A DNA stretch of 64,000 bases, taken from contig JAQGDQ010000847.1 of NCBI GenBank assembly GCA_030141605.1, positions 1 through 64,000 of the forward strand, given 5' to 3'. The translations under genes were made by a program, and so were the position numbers. Within the stretch, counting starts at the first letter, position 1, and every line of letters starts with the position of its first letter. Under the pieces are notes generated by a model. It searched no databases. It saw nothing but the letters and a program-made list of their open reading frames with translations, and had not been told where the DNA came from. Shown piece after piece: positions 1 to 11,786 of this stretch. The DNA comes from Tubiluchus corallicola. Lineage: Eukaryota; Animalia; Priapulida.

Positions 1-1172
1 CACACCACACCGCACCACCCACACACCACACCACCCACACCATACGACTCCACCACACCACACTGCACCACAACACCCACCCACCCACACACCACGCCAC
101 CCACTCCATACCACACTACCTACACCACACCCCACACACCCTATCACCCCACCACACCATCCATAGCACAACACACATAGCACACCACCACCACACCACA
201 TCAAATCCACTACCTCACGTGGTGATCATGATGTTGATGATGATGATGATGATGGTGGCAACGATGACGACACCTATAGCACAAGCACCAACAGCACAGC
301 ATTACAACAAAACCATTCCAAACATTTTTCACAAAGTTGAAACTATGTGCTATAATATAATAAATAGCAAAGGTCCCGCAAAAGATTTTGCGTAAAAAAC
401 CACGTATAATCAATAATACGCGAACATCCTACCTAGTCCTCATTTATAACACAAAGCCCGTAACATCATGCCTACTGTTTGTTTAACTAACGCAAAGCCT
501 GTAGCTTTTTGCTGAATTAAAGTTATAAGATTACAGCAGAGTACAATGGATGACGTCACAACAATGCCTTTGCGTCAGCAATTTTCTAAGTGAAAATTGT
601 CGAAAATAGAACATCCAATTAACTCGTCGATACTCCTCTTGGTGGACCTGCCCTAACATATATCTTACATCATCGAATAGCCCCGTTCTTCCTCTTTCTA
701 AAGAGCTGTATATCTCCTTCCGAGAGTCCCACCGGGCGCCGCTAGAACATTTTTCCCGCAGGCTGTTTGGTCAAAATTTCGAAAAAGTCGCGAGTTGGGT
801 CCGGGAAAACGCCCGTTGCGGGGCGCCTTGGCCCTCTCGGGAATTCTAAATATGCCTACTACACCCACCGCTGAACGGGCTATCTATCCATACCCAGCAC
901 CCCCCTCGGCCCATTCCCGTTCTCTACATCTCAGCCGTATAACTTTTGCAAAAAACGGTCGAAAAAGGGCCATTTTTGGAGGTTTTTCGCCTCCCCTTCC
1001 TCGCGGTGGGCCCGATTCGAAAAATAAACCATCAATGGCACGACACTAGATCGAGACCTTTCGTTTGATATATAGATCGCCGCAAATGGTGCCCTCGTCG
1101 AAGCTGTAGCCTCGAATCTTATATATATATATATATATTAAGATACCAAGAATATTAATATAATAGAATAGA
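1..1172 (-). mobile_element. Non-autonomous Helitron, copy 1 (3' part runs off the window start)
   Basis: Near-identical to about 2450-3614. Homology stops exactly at ...TAGAATAGA|T (minus strand A|TCTATTCTATTATA, a Helitron 5'-TC end). Contains the same CAC-rich array (1-210). Confidence 0.75.
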
Positions 1173-1802
1173 TAAGGTGAAGAATACATATATATATGGA
1201 TGCGCTTTTTTATGGGGGACAAGTAATTTAGTTTGTACATCGCAGTACGTAAAAATGTGTGTCTATGTAACCTTACATAAGTTCAGCAATACGTGCAAAT
1301 ATAAGCAGATTATGTCATGTAACAATCAATGAGAAATGTAACTTTCAAACTACAACAGTCACCTTGTAAATTCATTGACAGTAAAAGGGTATATTTGCTA
1401 AAACCAATAAGCTATTAATGGTGTCTAGTCATGAGAGTTTATCATGACATTTGATCAGTGAAATGAAGCTCTTGTAGTAACTCCACATTGCATTTCTATG
1501 CTAACTGCTCTATATATAGTCTGCTGCATGTTAGTTGTGCTTATCAAGTTGCAAACTGCTTTTATCAATTTGTCTAATGATAATAAAGGCGTCAACCTTT
1601 GTATTCCCAAGCTTGACAGTAAATCATGAGTTCATCCACATCCGCCAAAATTTGTATGTTCTCTGAATTCTAATTAAAAATGATGTAAAAATGGTAAAAT
1701 GTTTTTGTGTACAAATATAATTTTTGATATTATTGTCAATGATTTCGTTGAAAAAATACAGTGGCATGTTTATATAAACATTTTAGTAGCTTTAATTGAA
1801 AA

Positions 1803-3614
1803 CTAGCCAAACCCCACAAAAAGAATTTTGTGCACAAATCAACACACAACCCACACCACACCACTCCACCTCATCACACCACACTGCACCACACCATACC
1901 ACTCCACCTCATCGCACCACACTGCACCACACAATACCACCACACCGCACTGCACCACACCATACCACTCCACCACATCACACCACACCATACCACTGCA
2001 CCACCCACACACCACACCACCCACACCATAATACTCCACCACATCACACCGCACAGCACCACACCATAACACCACACCACCCACACCATACCACTCCACC
2101 ACATCACACCACACACCACACCATACCACTCCACCTCATCACACCACACTGCACCACACAATACCACCTACACACCACACCACCCACACCATACCACTCC
2201 ACCACACTGCACCACACCATACCACTGCACCACCCACACACCACACCACACCACCCACACCATAATACTCCACCACATCACACCGCACAGCACCACACCA
2301 TAACACCACACCACCCACACCATACCACTCCACCACATCACACCGCACCACACCATACCACTGCAGAACACCGCACCACCTACACACCACACCACCCATA
2401 CCATACGACTCCACCACATCACACCACACTGCACCACACCATACCACTGCACCACACCACATCGCACCACCCACACACCACACCACCCACACCATAATAC
2501 TCCACCACACCACACTGCACCACAACACCCACCCACCCACACACCACGCCACCCACTCCATACCACACTACCCACACCACACCCCACACACCCTATCACC
2601 CCACCACACCATCCATAGCACAACACACAAAGCACACCACCGCCACACCACATCAAATCCACCACCTCACGTGGTGATCATGATGTTGATGATGATGGTG
2701 GCAACGATGACGACACCTATAGCACAAGCACCAACAGCACAGCATTACAACAAAACCATTCCAAACATTTTTCACAAAGTTGAAACTATGTGCTATAATA
2801 TAATAAATAGCAAAGGCCCCGCAAAAGATTTTGCGTAAAAAACCACGTATAATCAATAACACGCGAACATCCTACCTAGTCCTCATTTATTACACAAAGC
2901 CCGTAACATCATGCCTACTGTTTGTTTAACTAACGCAAACCCGTAGCAGGCAGCTTTTTGCTGAATTAAAGTTATAAGATTATAGACAGAATACAATGGA
3001 TGACGTCACAACAATGCCTTTGCGTCATCAGTTTTCTAAGCGAAAATTGCCGAAAATAGAACATCTAATTAACTCGCCAGTACTCCTCTCGGTGGTCCTG
3101 TCTTAACATATAGCCCACATCATCGTGTAGCCCTGTTCTTTCTCTTTCTGATGAGCCGTATATCTCCTTCCGAGAGTCCCACCAGGCGCCGCTAGAACGT
3201 TTTTTCCGCATGCTGTTTGACCAGAATTTCGAAAAAATCGCGAGTTGGCTCCGGAAAAACGCCCGTTGCGGGGCGCCGTGGCCCTCTCGCGAATTCTAAA
3301 TAGGCCTATGACACCCATCGCTGAACGGGCTATCTATCCATACCCAGCACCACCCTCGGCCCATTCCCGTTCTCTACATCTCAGCCGTATAACTTTTGCA
3401 AAAAACGGCCGAAAAATGGCCATTTTTGGAGGTTTTTTGCTCCCCGTTCCTCCCGGTGGGCCCCATTCGAAAAATAAACCATCAATGAGACGACACTAGA
3501 TCGAGACCTTTCGTTTGATATATAGATCGCCGCAAATGGTGCCCTCGTCGAAGCTGTAGCCTCGAATCTTATATATATATTAAGATACCAAGAATATTAA
3601 TATAATAGAATAGA
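1803..3614 (-). mobile_element. Non-autonomous Helitron, copy 2 (complete, 1812 bp)
   Basis: Minus strand starts TC (3614-3613) and ends CTAG (1806-1803). Subterminal hairpin CACAAAA-AGAA-TTTTGTG (1815-1832). Inserted between A(1802) and T(3615) with no TSD. All are canonical Helitron hallmarks. Confidence 0.8.
1845..2665. repeat. CAC/CACAC-rich degenerate minisatellite array inside the Helitron
   Basis: About 820 bp of ACACC/CACCAT/CACTCC-based units with longer blocks repeated (e.g. ccataatactccaccacatcacaccgcacagcaccacaccataac at about 2027 and 2260). It explains the His/Thr/Pro and Val/Trp/Cys ORFs. Confidence 0.95.
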
Positions 3615-5254
3615 TTGCGTGATTAAACAGTTAAAATTATCAGGCCGTTGTTTATTAATGATAAATAATCAATAAAGAATAGAAAGACATTCTGTGGTAA
3701 AGATTTGACAAATTAAGCTATAGTAGTAAAGTACGTAATTTGTGAATATAAAGATGTGAATTGTAATTTTATTAAGCCTCCTGGTGGAGGTGGTTGGAAA
3801 TACACGGATCAGCCATATGTGCTAAGCCCCTCCTACCCAACCCGTTCTCACAAATTCTTACTCGTTGACAGTTTACTGTAGAAAATCTGTAGACAAACAA
3901 AGTCCCACAATATCAAAAAAGTAGACAAAGTACATACTACTGATAAATAATACAAAACGTAGATTACCGCCATACTGTCATAGCACCATACACAGCGAAG
4001 CGTATCAACATATCGATGGTAACAGCAAAAAAGGGAAGACACTCGGTAACAAAAAAAAACTGAAGTTTCTTCAAGAAACCACACAACACATCAAAACTCA
4101 TCGGCGTGGGGATGTTTTCGACGGTGACTTGATGATTACTTTTACCTTGCTCTCGTCGAAAAATATGACCGTCAGTGTAACGTCTTAGTTTGCATTCGAG
4201 TTTTGAAGCCAATCTAAGGTCATTACACAAAATCTTCAAGGTAAGGCAGGACCTTGCAAGGCGACTCCCAACTTCTGTGTGTAAATTTAATTAAATACGT
4301 GTAGCAGAAAAAAAGCATAAATTATCCTATTATGCTATCAGCCTTTGGCATACTATAATTAGAATTGTCAAATGGATTATTCTAGTTTAAAGGATTATTT
4401 GCTGGACAGATCATGGATCCTTTCCAGCCTTTTTCTGTGATTTAGTTCATTTATGCTACGTCCCGTTTTTGTTCTAGATAAATCATAATTAGCACGGATT
4501 ACCCTGAAACCATTGCAAAGTATACTTGCTTGGCTCTAAAAGGGCGGCCACTTAGGAGTAGATCGGTTTGTAACAGGACTACTCAGGATTTTCAGAAATC
4601 TGCCGCTGACTAACTTTAACCAAGCTTTTATTTTTTAAACATTTCGCCACATTATAAATCGGAATTAACATCGGGGTCTGTTCAGCGTGATGTTTGTGGC
4701 AAGACCTGGCTCTTTATTAAGGATGTCCCCCTAAGGTGATCCACTAAAACTGGTAGAAGCACAGCCTAAACCATATTTCCATGTACATACACTTCCTCCC
4801 ACGAAATAAATTTTAGGCAAAAATTTGTATATCGCTCTCCGAAACTTAAAACCTTGCATACCTCTATGATTATAACAGCGATCATTTTAAAGAGCTTATC
4901 AGAAAATGTGCCAAAACGTAAATTGCGTAAATGTAGAAAATTACATATTTGCTCTAAAACATTCACAATTTCCTCTACTTTAAGTCTTTATTGTAACTCA
5001 AAAAATTTAATGTTTCCAAAGCAATACACATACTTCTGTTGTTGACTTTTTGGGCACAAAATATTAACATTTTTTATATGATAATTTAACTTAGGGGCAA
5101 ATTTGTTTATTATGAAAAATAAAATGAAACAAAATTAATGATCTATTACTTTTTAACAGTTGCTAATGCGTTACAGAATTGAATAGACATATTAGAAAGC
5201 GTCTGGTCTGCACATAAATCTGGAGCAAAAGACAGAAAATGTAGGTTTGTTGCG

Positions 5255-6033
5255 TTATTTTAACAAGAACAAAAACAGTGATATGAGCAACAAACAAACT
5301 GTAGCTGACACATTTGTTGCGGAGTTTTTCTGTTTCTTGTGTCCTCTGACTGGATTAACTTCATTGTCAGGTTCAGGTTCGGCTTCAGCTTCAGCTTCAG
5401 CTTCTATTCTAGCCATGAACTCTTCTATGTCACAGTCCTTATTAAATGCATCTTTAACTGTATTACAACGGTTTCTTTGAGTGTCCCACACCGTAACTAC
5501 AAAAATTCAATAAATAATTAAGACCATTATAATTTTAAGTAATATGCGTAAATAATGACTGCCCCGTACTTTTTAACAAGCTCGGATTTTGCTACATTTA
5601 CGTGTTTCCTACACGTTCGTACACTTGTATATCTTGGTTAACGAAGGGCCTAACCACTTGGCTGCGCTTTGACACCAGCCATAAACATGTGAAAGTGGAA
5701 AACTAAATTTATATACATGCATTCGATCCTGCATGCCTAATGTATAACTGGTACAATTAAAACACGAATACATCCACTTCTGTTGGAAAAGAAATCCCTG
5801 CTCTAATATACCAATAGAGTAATCAGTAGGGATGCAGGTAGATCAAACAAAACAAGGGTACGTACTTGCCGTCGGGCTATGTGCACACTTTTTTCTTACT
5901 GCTATCCCCTGAGCACACTGGTAGAAAACATTGCAATATATCTCATCAGCTACATACGTTGTTCTGCGCTGCTTACAAGTTTCCATCGCTTCAGTAGGAA
6001 TGGCGTCATCATCATCATCTTTTTCACATTTCC
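5255..6033 (-). CDS. Chitin-binding type-2 (CBM14/peritrophin-A) domain protein with C-terminal GPI-like signal; 5' exons unresolved
   Basis: Exons 6033-5866 (ag|GG..GCA A|gtacgt) and 5496-5255 (ttttgtag|TT..stop) join in phase 1. Product includes CKQRRTTYVADEIYCNVFYQCAQGIAVRKKCAHSPTAITVWDTQRNRCNTVKDAFNKDC (six-Cys CBM14 spacing), an EA/EP-rich linker and a hydrophobic tail NSATNVSATVCLLLISLFLFLLK*. Confidence 0.75.
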
Positions 6034-7601
6034 CTAAATACACGAATTATGTGATGAATCGGAGAACGAGGCCACGGTGAAAGAAAAGATTGGGGGTACA
6101 TCATTATGCAGTTGCCTGTGGCATTGAAGCGGTCGCATCTAAGGGTTGACCCTGACAGCATTATAATTAGGTATGTGAGATTATTAAAGTTGAAGGGCGA
6201 ATTGATGTATTGTATAGGATGTTAAATTGCTTTCACTTTTTCCAGCGAAACTTTTTCGTCATCATAGTCAGACGCGCCAGTTAAATAAAAACGTCTACGT
6301 CAGCGTTGTCATTTTCTTCATAAATAATTCCATTTGGATATCATTTTAAATTAAATTAAAATTATATCATAATTTTATATGTAATATAGATGTCTAATAT
6401 ATTGCAGGGTCTTGCGGCATGGTTCATATCCTTTTGTACTTTCTTGTTTTATTTTACTAAACCGCTTTTAAAAAACATGCTTTTTATTATAATTATTGTA
6501 GTAGGTCAGCAACGTATAGCACAAGTTTGTAAATGTAAATAGTTTATTAGTGTTTACGATTTGATGCTGTCATGATAGACGTAGGCTATACATGGCCTAC
6601 ATAAACTGATGGATAACACGTCACAATAAAAACGTTCTTCTATTGCACATTTCACACATTTAAAAAAGAGAAATAACGTCTTACACTTAAACATCGGCTT
6701 TTAATTTGTGTGCAATCTGTTTTGGTAGTGTTACTGCAAATACGCCAAACGTTAAGCCGCTCTTGAACATGTTTATGCTGCCATTTACGCCGATGTGAGT
6801 TACATAAATGCACTTTGCGTGAGTTATACTCATCGCCAACTGTTACAGAAAATTTTTGAATTTTTTAATGTACGCAATAAAACACACTTCCACACATTGA
6901 ATTTAATATCGATATTAAATTCAACAAAAGCAGAAACGAAGCAAACGTACTTTAACTTGACTGCGCAGGCCTACTACAGTCGCATGCAAACCCAATGTTG
7001 CAACATGGTTATATAAAAGTATAAAAAGGTTAGTTTTTGTTATTTCCTTCGTCATCTTCCATCGTTGTTGTTAGTCATTAGGTGTTACTTAAAACAAGTG
7101 CACATGTTTTTTAAAAAACAAGAAGACCTATAGACTAGAAAAAATTATAATATTTGTGCTTAAATTTCTTCAAACAGATTTATTTAATGAAATTTAAGAA
7201 TTAAATAAAACTACTTTATTTAAATATATCTTTAAATTTAAATCGTTATACTCAAAAATGATTTTAACTATAAACGTATAAACGCCGCTGTCATCATTAC
7301 GCACCTGTTGCTACAACAACCGTCAAAATCGCAAACACAAACCAGTATTTCATATTACTTGATTTCTCGTACTAGTTACAACCACACAAAAATAAACAAT
7401 AGTGTATAAAATAACGACCGGACAGGGCGTGCCTGTATGCCTATAGTATCCTTGATTGTTAATGACGGCCTTATCCTGATGTACCTATAATGCCTCGGAG
7501 AACATACCAGGAGTGTAGTGGAGTGAGGCAGCTGTAGTTTTAAATGCATGATGCATCACGTGCACCAGACTTAATGTGAGCCGCAAATTATGCCTGGCAA
7601 A

Positions 7602-7850
7602 CGGTGTGTAGACATTTCGGCACAGACATTTGGGCACAGGACGTTTCGCCACAAAACATTTGGACACATAGGTCATCTGGACACATGGCGATTTGGACAC
7701 ATAGGTTATATGGACACAAGGCAATTTGGACACATGGCTATTTAGATAAAGATAATTTGTATTTTGGTCGCTAGGATATAGTGACCAAAGAGGATATTTG
7801 GACACCGGGCGTTTTGGACACATCAGTCATTTTGACACAAGACTTGGGAC
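7602..7850. repeat. Array of ~15-bp degenerate repeats (..ATTTGGACAC..), transposon-subterminal type
   Basis: Successive units gacatttcggcaca / gacatttgggcaca / aacatttggacaca / gtcatctggacaca / gcgatttggacaca. A related array in the opposite orientation lies at 32685-32785. Confidence 0.6.
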
Positions 7851-9689
7851 GCGTGGAAACATATGTAAATATTACATAAGAGAGAGACAAGAAGGTAATT
7901 TTGTCTGTACAAATATTTTGTCTGGCCACCACGCACAGTGATATTCAATAAATGCCTCGGTTATTGTAAAGGATGCGCCTCTGATACAGCTGTTCTTTCT
8001 ACGAGGTATAAGCAGGCTTTGCGAACGGCACCGTCCGGAGCTATCTAATATTGTATTGAATTGTAGCTAATATTGGCTACACAGCACTTTCATAAATGTC
8101 CTCTCAATCTATTCCTCACAGCAACATATACTAAAATACACTCAGGCCCTACTGCTACTATTTCAAATGTTGTGTTTGCATTTTTTTCTTTCTAAAGTTG
8201 CATTAATTTCATTTTGGCAATCTTTCTTTATGTGTCTTTACAACAAATGTGTCTTTACAAATGTGTAGCCACTAGGGCTGGGACCAAATGCCACATTTCT
8301 GTCTTCAATAAATAGTCCAAAATAAAAGGATTCCTAATGTTCATCCTGTCTGCTGCTTTGTACAAAGATAACTCTAACAAGGTTTCTGGCCTCCACTGCG
8401 TATTTTCTTTTCGGAAGTGCGTCACTGAAACAACGGAAAATGTGATTGCAACAGTATATTTGACGCATACAAAGTTTCAAGCTACAAACATAGCATTAAG
8501 TGAGAAAAACTAGATGGCGTATCGAGCATTTTTATCACGTCCTGCGTCATTCGCTCGGCTTTGCTGGTGATCATGAGTAGCTGGAACATTTAAAGACAGA
8601 TTAACGTTGATTCCACTGCCAAATGTGGCTCGTATAAGCTTGTCGGAATGTCGGATAAGTTGATCAAAAAATTGCCAAAGTTTTTAGACAATTGGTCCTT
8701 TGACGGAATCCCGATCGATGCTCAATAGCATGTACACATTGCTAAGCTAGCATTTTATCTTCTACTCGAATTTTGACAAAAACTGCTGCGCAACATCAAA
8801 CCTCTTTTGGTTGATGTGTGACATCAAGCTACTTTCTTATTTTGTTTGAATTTCCAATTTTCATAGGCCTGCGTGGTGATTTTACAACTGCGTCTATAGA
8901 ATTGCAGCTGAAACAAATTTTTGCTTATTGCAAAAACGTTCATCAAACTGAGACGATTATGACGATGACGTATTTAATGATAATCGTGATAGTTGACATT
9001 CACATATTGGCGATCAAATATTCAATGATAATCAAGAAAGTTGTTGATGATGTGATAATTATGACGCTGATGATGAAGATTAAGATGCTGACGATGATAA
9101 CGTTAGTGATAATAATGATTAATGTTAGTTATAACACCGACGATGACGATAATGACGTTGATGATAATAAAGATAAATGTTGGTTACGAAGTGAAGGAAG
9201 GTAACGAAGAATGAGTAAAAACAATAATTTTTATTATATAACAAAAATGTCTGAAATCAGATTACTTGGCTTTCATCATAACTTACCTAAAACTACTTAA
9301 ATAATCATTGTGCAAAGCAAAGGTAACAAAATACTGTATTTAAACGGGTTTTTAGTGATTTAGCAGCGTCCGGGCCAGGCATTAAGACCTCAGGATGTAT
9401 TTCACAAAACATCCGCACACGTCGTTGCGTGCATACGCTGCGCTAGTGCCCTAGATTAGTAGTCTAACCGCTGATAAATTGCTGAAAATTAATTTCGTTT
9501 TCTATAAATAGATTTCTTTATATTTATACATCCCTAATAATTCGTGGGCTTTACAAAGTTAAAGAAAATATAATAAAATCACAGAACGAGAATGCTACAT
9601 AAATAAAGACAAAATAAGTTTATAAATTGATGCAGACAACTAAAAATCTACTGATTACCAAAGCTGTGAGGCACCATGAGAAAATGATC

Positions 9690-9862
9690 GACGGTAGTAT
9701 TTCGTTTCACCAGGGCACAGTTCGCCAGTGCATCATTTCACCAGTCTGTCTTTTCGCCAGCGAACCGTTTCGCCAGTCTAATTTTTCGCCAGGTGATATT
9801 AGAAATAGGGCAGCATCATGTACTTAAATAGTGGTACACTTTGCCAGTCTATCTTTTCGACA
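9690..9862. repeat. Array of ~15-bp degenerate repeats with a TTTCGCCAG core
   Basis: Recurring tttcaccag / ttcgccag / tttcgccag at about 15-bp spacing. Confidence 0.55.
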
Positions 9863-10745
9863 GTTGGTATTAAAGTAGTGCAATATATAGAATTGTTCAT
9901 TATACTGCTAATAGGAAATCCTTAATTGTAGTTAGGATAGACGCCTATGTTGCAAAAACCTTATGTACTAAAATCTTATTCAACACCGAAGCGCTACTTA
10001 CCAACATGGCGCCCAATGGTGATAGTGCGATCAATTCTCTATCCAGTGATCTGCCTCACAGTCACAGGGCTGCCACGCTAAGGCGGTTTTTCTAGACAAA
10101 TGTCTACACCTTACTTAAAATATTGTTACGGAGGCACTCGTGTCGGGCCAGGTATAGGGCCCTCTGCACGCCCTGCTTCCACGTTAGCAGCGACTCACCA
10201 TGCCATCCTGGAATTCGATCCTCTGACTCCCGAGCCAAGTCGAATTCAGTACAATATATACGTGTATAGCAGGTATCGTGATGTCATTTAAACGCTTTGT
10301 GAACGGAAGACATACGCGTGCGATACATCATTCAATTCGACATGAAACGCACAATCAGATGTACTGTGTCAAAATTAATTGTCGCGTTCCGTTTACAAAA
10401 AATGGCGATAAGTAAGATGGTAGATCACCAGAACGTGTAGATTTAGAGTTGCGTTATTGTCGTTGTGAGCCGCCTGAGTTACTAGCCGAAAATCGTCAAA
10501 ATACGTAAATTTTTGAGAATCTATTACTCCTAGGACAAGCACCATTTGTCCAAACAAAAAAGACAATAAAGTGCTACGCGTTGGCTGTCCACAGGCGGCT
10601 CCGTTTTGTTGAACGCTGAACCGTTGCCGTTTTACAGGCCTCACACAAGTCCTGGTGCAAAAAATATACATATTTCCCTATAAATATGTACATATATACC
10701 AGGTATCGACATGACCGAACTTGAGAAGCCAAAAAACGATTCAGC

Positions 10746-10885
10746 GAACTAAACTAAACCAAACCAAACCAAACCAAACCAAACCAAACCAAACCAAACC
10801 AAACCAAACCAGACCAAACCAAACCAAACCAAACTAAACTAAACTAAACTAAACTAAACTAAACTAAACTAAACTAAACTAAACT
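10746..10885. repeat. Compound pentanucleotide microsatellite (AAACC)n(AAACT)n
   Basis: Directly visible. Confidence 0.95.
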
Positions 10886-11786
10886 ATTCGTTTTCTGGTA
10901 AACTGTTGACTTTGGTTTACTGCATACGGTACACTAAATATATTGTTGCTTTAACTGGTTATTGTTGGTATAACTTTTGAATTAAATCTCACCTGGAGAA
11001 CACGCTGAATATGAAATTCATGCCACATAAGGAACATCCACCAGAGTGGTCTATAGTGGGATAGATCTATAGCCGATCTGACATCCAGTACAGTTTAGCG
11101 CCGCTCAGCGAATTCGCCAGTATGGCTTTTGGGTATAATCAGAAAAGGTAAAACATCTGATGCTTCCATAAACAGGAATATGAATTTCAATTAATAGTCC
11201 GCAAACAAAACTCAATTGCAAATGCTGCAAACTTGTAGCCCGAATTTGGACTAAGGACGTTAATTGTGTTAAAAGCGACAGAAAAACAAGCTTATCATTC
11301 TGAAGGCTGGTCTCGCATGTCGCATGTGATTCCAAGTCCTAATTCTTTCTTCAAGAATTATGTGATTCTGTCGGCAAGTCTGTGCACTTGGTAGTAATTG
11401 CTAGAACAGTTTCAACATTTTCACATTTTCCTTCTACTGGGTATGTTTAGGTTTCGGTAATGTGGTTAATAGCACCATTGAACAAGCATTCTTGAAACTA
11501 ATATTTGTAAAATTAATTTATAAATTTCAATGATCTGTCACCAGCAATTGTGATCAGTATTTTATTATTTACCATTTTCGTGACCACTGAGGGACCAGAA
11601 AATAGTAGCACACTACAAACAGTATACGTCCTACTTTTCACATTTATCATTTTTCTAATGAATCATTTTCATAATTTCAGTTGAGGTAGTTTTAGGACGT
11701 TATACAATGCTAATGTAGAGACTATAGTCAACATAAGGCTACTCTTCGTTTTACAAACACGTTTTCGCTCATCTGCCTCAATTAAG

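Noticed and set aside
795-1049. 84-aa ORF duplicated at 3245-3499
   Set aside because: Lies within the duplicated non-coding element, starts at TTG and shows no recognisable domain.
1796-2665. His/Thr/Pro-rich 233-aa ORF and overlapping Val/Trp/Cys ORFs
   Set aside because: Artefacts of the stop-poor CAC array inside a Helitron; open in many frames on both strands.
7602-7850. Repeat array superficially resembling CRISPR
   Set aside because: Units are about 15 bp, degenerate and lack unique spacers; the context is eukaryotic and no cas genes are present.
8818-9204. 128-aa Ile/Met/Asp-rich ORF (similar ORFs at 29481-29663 and 31195-31542)
   Set aside because: Produced by degenerate (GAT/GAC)n tracts.
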